DNA of 64,000 nt. It comes from Tricharina praecox (lineage: Eukaryota). The first letter of the stretch is position 1; the number at the start of each line of letters is the position of its first letter. The position numbers and the translations under genes are program-made. The notes beneath the pieces are model-generated. The model ran no database searches, had not been told where the DNA came from, and saw only the letters and a program-made list of their open reading frames with translations. Of this stretch, positions 1-13,069 are shown piece by piece. The stretch lies in contig NW_026250404.1 in assembly GCF_024521635.1 (NCBI RefSeq), forward strand, positions 496,001 to 560,000, given 5' to 3'.

Positions 1-1438
1 GTTATCCTCGCGCCTGTTTCGGTCATACCCTCGGCGTTCGGCAATGTTAGGCCGACAAGTGTCATCAGTACTATCGACTCGAGGTCTGTGTCGGACACTC
101 CTTACGCCACGGATCAAGACTGGAATGCGAACAACAACAATAGAGCATCGGTGATAAGTAATTCGTCGGAGGATTACTTCGCCAATAGGAATAGAGCATT
201 GTCTGTTGCGAGTGGACTCAGCGGTAGAGCTTCGCCCGCGCCCTCTGTGATGGTAGCGCCCACCTCCGAACTGGCTGCTAAAGCTGCCATCATAAATACG
301 AAGCTTCAGGGAATCAGTGGCCTGTTTAGTCTCGATGTAGCGTTGAAGCTTGTGCACATGGCTAAGGAGAGTTTGGAACGTGCTGCGGTGTTTGCTAAAA
401 CTGGAGGACAAACTGGAGAGGAAGCGTATGTCTCCTCGCTGTTATTCTCATTGCATGAAACTGATTGTTTACCAGCCGTGAGCAATGCGAAGCTATCTTT
501 GTTGCGCTCCTCCAAGTCCTTGGTCCTCGACACGTCAAAGCAGGCTTCGACAAGGCCGTCGAGCATCTAGGAAAATACAACCCTCGCGAAGTTGCCCACA
601 CATCCAACGGTGTTGCACCGCTAGTCACCTTCCTCGAGCTCGTCAATATTGGTGATCTGATTCAACAGATGATTGATGTTTTCTACGAGCAAGAGCTGGT
701 AGCTGCACGATTGACGGATCGTAATGATTTCCTCAATCCTGCTGCGAAGGAAAAGAAACGCTTCGAGCAAATGCTGGACGAGCGTGTCGCAGCCGGGCTC
801 AACGTCGGAATCGATGTGCTAATCGACGAGTTGGAGCACATCTTTGCCACTACACAACAAGTAACCGACTTCAATCCGGGGGCGTTGGGGGAAGTCGGAG
901 CGGCAGAGAAGCGGCAAACTATGGATATAGGTCCCAGCCCGACGGCGGTTAGGATTGTGGAGATCGTCGAGACTCACACAAAGCTATTGACTGGAAGCAC
1001 TGATAAGAATGTTCTTGATGTGTTTAACCAAGAAGTGGGCCTCAGGTTGTTCGCCACCGTCTGTAAACACATAAAACGACAGCGGATCTCCATAGATGGC
1101 GCCATCAGGTTGATTTCGTGAGTTTCCCTTCCCTATCCTTCTCTATTATCGTTCCCTAATGAATTAGGGACGTAAATCTCTACAATAGCTACATCGAAGG
1201 GCTCAAGCTCCGACCGCTAATCCCGTACTTCACCGCGCTCCGAGAGCTCACACAAATCTATTTAATCGACCCCGAGCATGCGAAGCAGATGGCCACAGTC
1301 ATTGCAGATCCGCAGAGGTTTGGCGGGATCTTTAGAGTGGAGGAAGTTTATGAGTATGCGACTAGACGCGAGGACTGGTATAGAGTCAAGAAGGATGTTG
1401 AGAGGGCTATGTATGGCATTGGATGTAGCGTTATGTAG
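1..1438 (+). CDS. RCY1: Recyclin-1 (Rcy1/Sls2, Sec10-like domain; endosome-Golgi recycling), 3' part; 5' end lies outside the window
   Basis: Exons are joined across introns 426-475 and 1118-1167. The product reads ...KEKKRFEQMLDERVAAGL...GAIRLISDVNLY...EDWYRVKKDVERAMYGIGCSVM*. The terminal CAAX box (CSVM) is typical of Rcy1 rather than Sec10. Confidence 0.8.
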
Positions 1439-1797
1439 ATAGAGCAAGCGTTGAAGCTTTGGCGTTTGGGTGTATGGCGAACATTTGAGCTGGGTGTTTT
1501 TCTTTCCCTTCTTTTAGTGGATTGCAGCCAGCTTGCTTGTAGTGATAGTGATAGCTGGGATAAATTTCCTGGTAATAGAATCGAGTCTAGAAGTTTTCAT
1601 TCACGGAGAACAGAGCTCGAACTCAAGCTCGACTGGAAGATCACTCATGAGCACTCGGCAGTAAAACCCTTTACCCTACCTCGCTGGCATTATGGCGCTA
1701 ACAACTTTCGAGCCGCAACCCAAGAAGTTCAGCAAAGCAGTTACGGCGGAACCCCACCATCACCGAAATCCAACCCCCATACATCTAATATACCATC

Positions 1798-3652
1798 ATG
1801 GCAAGTTCCCTAACCTCCAGAGAGTCTGCTTTGAGTAGGAGCCAAAGCTAATACTGGTATTTGGTGCTTCAGTCGAACCCAACACAGATCTTTGGCGACG
1901 ATGTGCAGGAAGAACGTGGAGAGAATGCGAGTATGTTGTTCTATCAGTTTGATAGGGGGAGTAGAAGGGTGAAGCTGACGGGAGTTATCCAGGATTGTCG
2001 GCGTTCGTGGGAGCTATTGCCGTAGGAGACCTCGTCAAGACAACATTGGGGCCGAAGGGAATGGACAAGATCCTGCAGTCTGCGTATGTTATTGCTATAT
2101 TTGCTTGCTTCAGAGATGAGATGAGATGGGTTCCATTTGCTGATATGATGGGATGATGATGGAACAGCTCAACAGGCGAGATCATGGTGACCAACGATGG
2201 CGCAACGATCCTCAAATCGATAGCCCTCGACAACGCGGCGGCGAAGGTACTGGTCAACATCTCGAAGGTACAAGACGACGAGGTTGGTGATGGCACAACA
2301 TCGGTGACCGTGCTCGCTGCCGAGCTGCTGCGAGAGGCGGAAAGACTCGTGGACCAGAAGATTCATCCCCAGACTATCATCGACGGATACCGTATCGCTT
2401 CCATCGCTGCCCTCGATTCCCTCACGAAGGCCGCCGTTGATAACCGCAACGACCCCGAGAAGTTCAGGAAGGATTTGATCAATATTGCGAAGACCACCCT
2501 GAGCTCGAAGGTTCTGAGCCAAGATAAGGATCACTTTGCGGAGCTCGCGGTCGATGCCGTGCTCAGGCTTAAGGGAAGCACCAACCTCAACAACATACAG
2601 ATCATCAAGAAGGCCGGAGGAAAGTTGGTTGACTCGTACCTTGACGAGGGTTTCATCCTGGATAAGAGGATTGGACTCAACCAGCCGAAGAGATTGGAGA
2701 AGGCGAAGATTTTGGTGGCGAACACTGGTTTGTGCCTCTGCCCACCAATTATGAAGGCGGTATTGACTTTGGGGCAGCAATGGACACGGACAAGATCAAG
2801 ATCTTTGGAGCACGAGTGAAAGTCGACTCAACGGGCAAGCTCGCTGAGCTCGAGAAGGCGGAACGCGAGAAGATGAAAGCTAAGGTGGAAAAGATTAAGG
2901 CCCACGGCATCAACTGCTTCGTCAACCGACAACTGATCTACAACTGGCCTGAACAACTCTTTGCCGACGCCGGCATCGTTTCAATTGAGCACGCCGACTT
3001 CGACGGAATTGAGCGTCTCGCCCTCGTCACCGGCGGAGAAATTGCCTCTACCTTCGACCACCCCGAGTCCGTCAAACTTGGCCAGTGCGACCTGATTGAG
3101 GAAGTCATCATTGGCGAGGACACGCTGATCAAGTTCTCCGGCGTTGCCGCCGGCGAAGCTTGCACGATCGTCATCCGCGGCGCCACCGAGCAACTCCTCG
3201 ACGAAGCCGATCGTTCCCTCCACGACGCCCTCTCCGTCCTCTCTCAAACCGTCGTTGAGACCCGCACCGTTCTCGGTGGTGGCTGCTCAGAAATGCTCAT
3301 GTCCAAAGCCGTCGAAAACGCCGCACAAAACACCGCGGGAAAGAAAGCCCTCGCTGTCGAGGCTTTCGGCCGCGCCCTCCGCCAACTCCCCACAATTCTT
3401 GCCGACAACGCAGGTTTCGACTCGAGTGACCTTGTCGCAAAGCTGCGTGCCGCCCACCATGCTGGTATGAGCTCCTCCGGACTCGACCTGTACACTCCCG
3501 GCGGTCGCATCGCGGATATGAGGGAGCTCGGTATCATCGAGTCTTTCAAGCTGAAGCGAGCGGTGGTCTCGTCGGCTAGTGAGGCGGCGGAAATGTTGTT
3601 GCGTGTTGATAGCATCGTGAGGAGCAAGCCCAGGGCTAGAAATAGGCATTAG
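1798..3652 (+). CDS. CCT2: T-complex protein 1 subunit beta (CCT/TRiC chaperonin)
   Basis: Introns 1801-1872 (GC-AG), 1931-1992, 2084-2167 and 2728-2777. The product [48 protein letters not shown]... contains the TNDGATIL and GDGTTS chaperonin motifs. Confidence 0.97.
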
Positions 3653-4536
3653 GCGGTAATACGGTAATTTGAGGTTACTCGGGGGGGATTAGGGATGAAT
3701 AATAGAAGTTTGTTCCCGATACGAATGATGGTGTTTAGTGAAATTAGTAGATATACCTACCCTGTAAATTGCTGTGAATAGGAAGTGTACTGAAATGTGA
3801 AATGCAAACTTCTAAACTTGACAACTCGTGATGGTCTTGCCTCACTACTATTATGTACTTACTGAACAATCAAAGGGGGTAGGGTTTATGCTGTTGGTAT
3901 TATCCACGCGTGATCGAGTGTTTCTACACATACCTAGATCCTACCCGTTTGATTATACAGTAAGCACTTACTTTACTTTACTTCACTGATCATATGTACC
4001 GGCCTACATACCTAGGGGAAACTTTTTAGTTTGATGGAATGTTCCAACTCTTGGAAGATTGATTGTTGTTTATTTGTTTATTTCACCATTCGTTGCATGA
4101 AGCTTATCTACCTAGACTGTGGTGCAGCACGCAGTGTCTTTGAATGATACAGCCGGCCGGCGAGCATAATCTTGCGAGTGAGCGATTATGACCACTTCAC
4201 TGCCCAACCTCACATCATCACGCAAAGGCGTATCATTTATGCAGTAAACATTCCAAGTTTCTATTCAATGCAAAGCTAGCTAAAGCTGTAATGCCTAAGT
4301 GTCTAAGAGCTCACAATGAAAGTAAGTACCCGAGTAAGTATAGCAGCTAAGAGCGCCGCAAGCATTTAATCATGCAAATATCTCCCCTCAAAGCTCAAGC
4401 CTTGTCCTCCGTAAACAACAAATGTCATCTTCGTCCATGCAAACTAAAAGGCAAGAAAACGAAACGAGTATGGTAGCTATGCATGTTCGATGTAAGCAGG
4501 TAAGCAATCAATCAAGTAAGCAGATCTTCGCGAAGT

Positions 4537-7500
4537 TTAAGCGTCACCCCCATTGAGCAGTGCATCTTCATCGCCCTCAATCCCGTCAAAAAGTTCCTCC
4601 CACTCCTGTTCTCCGGCCGTGCTTCCATTTTCCTCAGTATTAGCTTTAGTGGTGGTGTGTTCATCTACCATCTGCTCATCCCCATCCTCATCCTCATCAT
4701 CGATGAGCATCGCATCCGCTTCCCCAGCCTGCTCCCCCTCCTCCTCGCCCTCCTCAATACCCAGCACCTCCATCCTAGCCACAAACTCGCGCTGCAACCT
4801 AGCCAGCCAACTTTTCAGCACTGCTTCATCCATCCTGCCATCACGAGCTTCCTTCAGACTCTCGACGAGCCGCAGCACCGCCCGTCGGCGGCGAACCATG
4901 TTGTACATCTGTGACTTCATCTTTGCCAGCTCCCGCTGCTTCGTGAGTGTTTCCGACACGACTGTTGCACGGTTTACGACGGACTCCGGCAGCTGCGCGA
5001 GCCGCGCAAGCAGCAGGCCGTAGTTCTCGTCTTTCACTCGGCCGTCGGCAAGCTTGTAGAGCATTGTTACTGAGGATTGGGATTGACACTGCAGCAGTTG
5101 TCAGCCTGGTTGGAGGGAGGGAGCGGGGGGCGGGGAGTACCTCGACTTGCATATGCAGATTCATCACGCCCGCCCTCTCAGACAGTATCTCTGTCAGCTC
5201 CTTGAAGTGCGTAACAAACCAGACGAACGCTCTAGTCTCGACCAGTGATTCGCATATGGCGAGGGCAATGGCCATTCCATCTCTAGGGCTCGTGCCACGG
5301 CCTAGCTCGTCGATTATGACCAAGCTGCCCTTCCTGACGTTGCGGAGGATGAAGGCGGTCTCTCGCATCTCGGCTGCAAATGTGGAGACGTTGGCTTCGA
5401 TTGAGTCATCCATTGAGATGCGCGCGAAGAGTTGCAGGGTTATGGGTAGCCAGGCGTGCGTAGCGGGAACACTGGGGCCGTTGGGAGCTTGTTCGTCTTC
5501 AAAGATAGAGCGGGTACTTACAATGAGCCGATTTGGGCCATAACCACAACTAGAGCCACTGAACGGAGGTATGTGGACTGTATCTGCCGTTAGCTCCGGC
5601 TCCGCACCTCTAGGGTTGCAAAAATCCATAGGGAGTGGTATTTACCTTTCCCGACATGTTGCATCCTTTGAAGCCATTGCGCACGAGCGATTAGCACTCT
5701 GCAGATGTCTCAAGCAGGAGATATTCTGGAGGAACTGAGTTTGAGACGTACCAGTGATGACCTGAAACCTAACGCATGATGTCAGTAAGACATACATCTA
5801 TGTGCCTCCTCCGCCTCAACACATTCACCATATCGGGGCCGTCCTGTGGGTTCGCTCACCTTGACTGCTGGCTCGCATACACATCATTTGGGACAAATTT
5901 GTCCTTGTGTATTGTTTCCCTAATCGGGTGTCTTAAACCCTTCACCGCCACATTTTCCGCGAATTCTGGGCGAACTATTAGGCGTCAGCATCACTAGCCA
6001 GGCGGTAAGTATGCCCCCACAGCATATTAGAGATACTCTTGCCGAAGTTGCCGGATATAGGGTACGGGGGCTGATTACCGTAGTCTTGCAGAGTGCACAG
6101 GTGTGCGAATGAACAAAGCTATCCCAGATGATCGGCGCTGTCAGTCATCAATCGTTCCATGGCTTTGCCTGTTGTTGAGACTGCCTTGTCTTACCATGTC
6201 CAACAACCCGATTGCTTCCCCGACCCTGACCAAGCTATTGATTTGCTCCCGGATGTCCTGGATAAGTTGGTCGACAGTCTGGTCATCTACAGGGTATCAA
6301 TAGCCAGTCTAAGGCACAGGTTGAAGAGAACCGCAAGCCTACTTATCTGCATCACCTCACGAAACGCATCATTGACCTACACACGGCCTGTTAGTTGCGG
6401 GAGCTTTGATCACAAGCCACTTCCCCAGGATCATGGTTCTGCAACAAAGGCCATGGTCCCTCCTGATAGGGGCCGATCCCCGAAGCAGAATGATGCTCAC
6501 CTTCTTATTGCGTTTGCACAGCTCGATAGTCCCTAACTCCATGTACTTCTTCCTTCTGATAACGTTGACGAATACAGGCGGGAGGGGGTTCTCCACTAGA
6601 TCCACAACCGGATGACGAAAGTAGAATCCACGTCCGTGCTCATACTTGATCTCGAGCACGATGTTGTACTCGTTGGAGAGTTCCTCGCCGAGAGAAATGA
6701 TCTCCATGGTGAACTCCTTGTAGGCCTTTCTAGCGACATCTAGCATTCCACTCACCCCTGTCTATGGATGTCGTGTCAGAGCATCAACTGCAGCTCAGAT
6801 TTGTGGGTTTCTCGGTGGAATACATACCTTGACCGCATAGCAGCGCTGATTCCGCAGCTCCAAGGGACCTTTGCTGTAAGTCGCCTCCTCGTTGATCACA
6901 TTGTTAATTATCTTCAGGACAGGGTCAATCTTGTCCGGAGCACAGAACTGCAGGAGCACATTAGATTCCACCCACGAAATCCCTCACAGACAGCAACTCA
7001 CAGCCCTGATGTCCTGCAACAACGTAGAACGTGCTGGTGCTAAAGCTTCGTGTACGGGTCCCACGAGTAGCGCCGCCTGCTTGAACAAGATAACATTGTT
7101 AAGAGCTTGCTCTGTATGCTTCTGCGACGGTTTGACAGGATCGGAGGTCAACTATCACCAGACACCGACGTCAGCTATGTAGCTATAACTCCCGCATCCT
7201 AACCACTGGGGCCCATCCATAGTTACCGCCATGCAGAGCCGATCCATATCAGGAAACTCTTTGAGAGCTTCTTTGATCTGAAAAAACATATCCTCATGCT
7301 TCGTAAACTCGTCAACAGCATCGAGCCTAGTGTTGAGAAAGTCCACCTCGGTCGATGGCTGCAATATGTTTGACCGGAGAAGCCGCGCTCCCATGGCCGT
7401 GCTAGTATTATTCAACAACCCGAACAGACTATCAGTCGACTTTTCGTTCTGCAGATTCTGGATCAACTCCAGACAGCGGACTGTGGTAGAATCAATCGAC

Positions 7501-8285
7501 ATGGATCCTGCCCAATCAATCAACCTTCTATCCTCATCCAGCCAGGCAGGCAGGCCGCGGGCAGTGAGTTCGCATCACATACCTTCATTTCCCCAATACT
7601 TTATGCGCAGGGTATGCGGCGCAAACCTCATATGATTGATGGCGACGTACTTCAGCGCCGCCGCTGTAGCGGACACCGCATAGTACTTCCCCGAGATGGA
7701 GACCGTCAGCGCGGCGAGGTCGTCCGCGCCCGCCAGCCGCTCGATCTGCTCCCGCCCCGCTAGCTCGCTGTAGAACTTGCGCGGCGTCGACACGATCGTG
7801 CAGTCTCGCATGTAGAACTCGATCACCCCGACCAGCGCGGTCTTTTGCGGCGTGTACGATGTCGACGGGAGGAGGATCTGGGGATCGCTATTAGGATAGG
7901 TACTCCGTGTGGGGAATTAGGAGCAGCAGCAGCAGTATGATACCTCGCTCGGGTCGTGCGCGAACAGCTTGTTGACCGTGTGTGCATACGTCTGCGAGTC
8001 ACATATTTCGCTCAGATGGCATTCGCCAGTCGACATGTTGACGAAGCATAGCCCCACAGTCGCAGAGATCCCACGAGACTCGGTGATAGCACAGACCACT
8101 TTCTGGGCACCGCCAATTGTTGACACCGCAGCCCTTGGCCGCCGGGAACGGGAGGTAGTAGTGGGGCGGGAGGTGGTGGTGGGGCGGGAGATGCTTAGAG
8201 TACTGCTGGTTCTCGCACGGCCAGTACTTGCGCCGCCATTTGAGGCACCCGAACGTGACGAGGCTGTTGAATTCATTGTCGTCAT
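4537..8285 (-). CDS. MSH4: Meiotic MutS homolog 4 (MutS-gamma)
   Basis: I traced 15 exons and 14 introns in frame. Motifs: N-terminal VCAITESRGISATVGLCFVN...EICDSQTY, RHPI, Walker A ITGCNMSGKSTYL, STFAAEMRETAFIL and Walker B IIDELGRGTS. There is no mismatch-recognition domain I. Confidence 0.93.
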
Positions 8286-8652
8286 GTATGTTGCATGTTG
8301 TAGTGTAGAGGGAGAGAAACAAGCCGCGAGTGAGTAACAATGAAATAACTTTGTGTAACGCTTGAATGCCTATTGTGGCTAAGCTTTTTACGCCACATAC
8401 ACCTGAGCTAAAGCGCGGCAACGGGTATCTCTATGCTTCCTTTACCTCTCTACCTACATACAACTTCAACACCACGCTCACGCTCACGCCTACGCTCGCG
8501 CCCACGTCCACGTCCACACCCACACCCGTTCAGCTACTGTCCATCCACATCGCCTTCACAACTGCTCTTACAAAACCAACTGATCCGCGTATACCTCCAC
8601 CTTCTGACGATCCCACTTCATCACACGCACCACCGCTACCACCGCCGCCGCC

Positions 8653-9537
8653 ATGTCCGAACGCAAAGTCCTCCAGAAATACGTGAGTCCCCCTCGATTT
8701 CCCCGCATCCACTGCTGCGGCTGCTAACACCCTCCCCAGTTCCCACCCGACTTCGACCCCTCGAAGATCACACGTACCAAGGGGCCCAAACCCGTGGGAC
8801 CGAAGCAGCAGACCGTGCGGTTGATGGCGCCCTTCTCGATGAAATGTCTGACATGCGGCGAGTTCATCTACAAGGGGCGGAAGTTCAACGCGCGCAAGGA
8901 GAACAGCAGCGAGAAGTACTACAACATCAGCATATTCCGGTTCTACATCCGGTGCACGCGCTGCAGCAGCGAGATCACGTTCAAGACCGATCCGAAAAAT
9001 ATGGACTACACGTGCGAGAAGGGCGCGATCCGGAACTTTGAGCCGTGGAGGAATGTTAAGGATACTGAGGAGACCGAGGAGGAGAGGCTCAATAGGCTCG
9101 AGGAGGAGGAGAATGAATCCGCTATGGAGAAGCTCGAGACGAAGACCCTCGACTCGAAGAGGGAGATGCAGATTGCAGATGCACTGGATGAGATTAGGAC
9201 TAGGAATGCGAGGAATGAGAGGGTGGACGAGGGCGAGGTTATGGACAAGTTGACGGAGGTGAAGGATTTTGCGACGTTGGAGAGGGAGCGGCAGGAGTGG
9301 GAGGACGACGAGGCGGCGAAGAAAGCGTTCAGGACGGAGGATGATACGTTTGTGCGGAGGGTGGTGGAGGGAGCAGAAGAGGAATCGTCGAAATTTGCGG
9401 TGGCTTCGAGCTCAGCTTCCGCTGCTGCTGCAGCTCCGCCGGCGATCGAGATTCCGAGCTTCAAGAAGACGGTCAAGAGGAAACGGGATCTGGGCGCCGC
9501 TCTGGGCATCAAGAAGAAGGCGAAGCCGTTGGTCTGA
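8653..9537 (+). CDS. YJU2: Splicing factor Yju2/Cwc16 (CCDC94 family)
   Basis: The start reads MSERKVLQKY|FPPDFDP across intron 8683-8739. The Zn-binding motifs CLTC...KGRKFNARKE and CTRC...FKTDPKN are present. Confidence 0.95.
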
Positions 9538-10590
9538 ACTGAACCGAGGTAGCCATTTGTCCTAGTCTGCGTTTTATTTTTTATTTCCGTGTAATGATGC
9601 TATGTATTAGCCTTGCGATGCTTGTGAATTTCAATAGCATGGAGAATTATGCCTTCTAGCCATCGTGTACGCGCGAACGGAACAGAGTAGATATTAGAGT
9701 ACCGCCCCATCATATGTATTTTGAGAACTTCAGTTTCCGGCCTGCTCGTCCGTCCGTGGCGAAGAAGAAGAAGAAGAAAAACAACATACGATAAAGTAAA
9801 GTCGCCCCGTAACTACTCTATCTACGATGCAGCACACACAACAATCATCCACTCCATCCATTCCATCCACTCCACTCCACTCCACTGCGCCCCCCATCTT
9901 CCAAGTCATCGCCGCAAACAGTAGGGACACCCGAATAACCGCCTTAGAATCTAAAGTAAATATGTATCCAGCGGATAAACAACGCATTGCACTGGGCTGC
10001 TCGAGCAGTCTTTGTATGTACGAGGCAGGTCGTTGTGCCACCAAGAAGAGCCACCCCCAAAAACGTCTGCATACATAAACGCACGTGGGCTGGGATAACC
10101 ACTGCGGCTATGGATGTTTGCTGCAGCTTGCGGGGCGTTTGGGGGGAGATCCTTGAAGGCGGCGGTGCCGGGGGACTGGGGGATCGCCCAGGTTTCCCTT
10201 TCACAGCGGCCGCCCTCACCATACATACAGTCCTATTCCGTGCAACGAGTAGAGAGAAGAAAGTCTCTCGATGCCCTCCAGAATGACCTCCGGCACAGCG
10301 GAGTTGCATAAGGGAAATACATACACAACCGATCAGTTTTTTTTGATGATACCTTGATGGTCATGCCCAGGCAATACACGAAAGCTAAAAGGAAAGATAT
10401 CGGACTCCCGTAGTAATATCCCTAGCTAGCACATCGAATCAGATCGATATCCAAAATACATGCATCCAACCCAAAAAAACCAAAGACCAAAGACCAAAAA
10501 ACAATAGAAGCAGTAAAATGCCCCCCAACCCCCAAAGATCCAATTGCCTCGTATAATAAACATGTCCCATGCGCGCCTCGGTTTGTGAAA

Positions 10591-11124
10591 TTACATCTCC
10601 GGACCATCTCCCTTGTCGCGTCGGATTGGGATCTTGATGCCTGTAAACGATCCGTCAACTCTTGCTCTGGCGAGAAAGAAAAGGAAAAAAATGTGCGGGG
10701 AAGGTAGGCAAGAAGTAGGCTTACCCTGCATGGCAAAGCACTTGCTCAATCCTGTACTCTCGATCACGCCAGGGAACTTCTTCGCACTGTAGACTTGGAA
10801 CACGTCAGAGTACGCGGTAGCGAGCACGGGTGCAACACCGGTGTTGAGCTTTCCGTCACCTCGGCCAACGTTGACGAAGTTCATCTTCAGTCTAGAGAAA
10901 AAAAGAACACACCATTAACATCGATTAGACGGTCAAGAGTGGTGCCTCAGCTGCGCACCTGAATGAACCCTCCGTCCGCACCGAAAGATCCTGCAGGATG
11001 AACCAGACGCCGATCTTGTTATCCGGATCCGTCAACTTGAAGGCGCTAGCAGTGAGGCTGCCGATAAGGTTGCGCGTGAACATGCCCGATGGGGTCTGTT
11101 GCGTCTGCTGCTGTGGCGGAGGCT

Positions 11125-11155
<31 letters not shown>

Positions 11156-12327
11156 TGCGGACGCAGGAAGACTGCCATGTATGCTCGGGTAGTAGCCGGG
11201 ACCGCCGGAGTGTTGTTGCTGTTGCTGCTGGGGCGGCGGTGGCTGATAGTAATTTTGCTGCGGGAGCTGCGATGGCGGGGTCGGTGGCGGAGGAGGGTAC
11301 CCTGGATACGAGATCTGGGTGTGCATCGACGAATGCGCATATCCGGGGTGCTGCTGCTGCTGCGAGTGGTGCGGATGATGAGCTTGTGGATGTGGATGGG
11401 GCGGGGGGGTTGGAGGGGGCGGAGGGTAGGAGGAGGAGGTCGCGGCGGAGATGGAAGGAGAGGTGGCGGAATGCCGGACGAGATTTACTTCTCTGGTGCC
11501 ATCGGCCGACCAGAGATCGACCGTGAGGACGTAGTGCGATGTTTCGACCTCACTACACGCACGGGGGCATCGTGTCAGTCGTGTATCTTCTCGACAACAG
11601 AGGAACGGGCTTCCCCAGCGAGGGGGGGAGACGACTGCATCGAACCGCGGACGCACGGCGTCTTCGTAGGGAAAACGTGAAGCGGAAGGTTTCGAGGTGA
11701 CGTGAGGGACACGGTGAGACTCACTTGATGTCAACTTCCTTCCCTGTCGCCTCATCCTTCACCACCAATCTGACACATGGCGGGGGAGTAATTGGTCGAC
11801 GATCCTGCGGATATCCGTTAGCACAAAGGATCCCGAAAGTTTTCTTTTTTTTCTCCTTCTTTTCTTCTTTTGCGGGGAAGAGATATCGATGGTTGTGCCG
11901 CATGGCAGAACAGCATACGAAGATGGCTTCACTCCCCGGAGGGGCCATTACGCACCTTGTCGCCAAAACCACACATGCGAGCCCGGATGGGCTGCTGCTT
12001 CACTTCCAAGCTCCAGATACGGCCATCTGCACGGCAAGAGATATTCGGTGGGGCGGGAATACTTTGCATAACCATTCCGTTGTTGCTGTTGCCAGGCGGA
12101 GGGGGAGGGGGAGGTTGCGCGAGCGAGGAGGAGGAGGGGACACGACTAAGGGACGGTGGTTGTGGTGGGCCCTGTTGCTGTTGTTGCTGCTGTTGTTGTT
12201 GCGATGGCGGCGGGGGGAGCTGCTGGTGTGGGTGTGGGTGTTGGTGCTGTTGCTGGTGATGATGGTGTTGCTGGTGTTGCTGCGGGTGTTGCTGCTGGTG
12301 CTGACCGGGATTCGACATCGAATACAT
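10591..12327 (-). CDS. velB: Velvet-family developmental and secondary-metabolism regulator VelB
   Basis: Introns 11805-11955, 11553-11724, 10892-10958 and 10641-10724. The velvet domain QQPIRARMCGFGDKDRRPITPPPC ... FTRNLIGSL...FILQDLSVRTEG...FQVYSAKKFPGVIEST...QGIKIPIRRD is split by a Q/P/H-rich insertion, as in VelB. The ATG at 12327 has gccaccatcATG context. Confidence 0.93.
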
Positions 12328-13062
12328 GATGGTGGCCGGACGACGCTCGATGCGATTGATATGCTCGATACGATCGATATGAGTGAGAATCAAAAAATGT
12401 CCGAAATGCGGAACCGGTCTGGTTTCCTATAGACGTGTGCGAGCGTGAATGTGCGTGCTTGCCGTGCGGCCGAGAGCGAGGACAATGGGAGGAAGCCAAG
12501 TAAGTACTCAGTTATGGGGATGGGGGTGTAGTTAGGCAAGTAGGAATGTACGAGTGAGCGATTGGGGTGGATGTGGGGGTGCTATTCTCGAGCGATACAG
12601 AGCAAAGCAGAGGCGGTCGTGTGTCAATGGCGGCGGATGAATAGGGAATCTGAAGACCGATACGGAGTGACGATGGAGTGATGATGGAGTGACGATGGAG
12701 TGAGTGAGTGTGTCCGGCTCGGGGAACGGATAGTAGGCGAATACGGCAGGCAAGCGGCGATGCAGACGAGACGTCGGGGCAACGGGGAGGCAACGTCTGA
12801 GCTCTGTGTCTTCTGGTCTTGTTCTTGCTCTTGATCCGTTCTTGCTCTTTGTCTGTTCTTGATTTTCTTCTTCTTCTTCTCTTTCTCTCCTGTGATCTTC
12901 TCTTCTTCTCTCCTGTCCCTTCTGCGTCTTCTGATCTTCTTCTTCCTCTCTTCTTCTTCTTCTTCTTCTTCGTCCACGCTGCGGGGGGGGCTTGGTCGTC
13001 GGACTGCGTTGCCTTCTCTGGATCCTTCTCCGCTATCGCCGGCGAGCGAGGCCATTGGGAGA

Positions 13063-13069
13063 CTTTTAT
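13063..13069 (-). promoter_or_regulatory. Candidate TATA box (TATAAAA) of velB
   Basis: TATAAAA on the minus strand lies just upstream of a ~720-nt ATG-free leader that leads to the velB start. Confidence 0.5.

Noticed and set aside
4537..8285. Premature stops in MSH4 fragments suggesting a pseudogene or A-to-I stop-codon editing
   Set aside because: All stops fall within introns. The spliced frame is continuous.
12624..13055. 143-aa K/E/R-rich ORF upstream of velB
   Set aside because: It derives from AAG repeats, and its ATG is only ~8 nt from the candidate TATA box, so it probably lies upstream of the transcript start.
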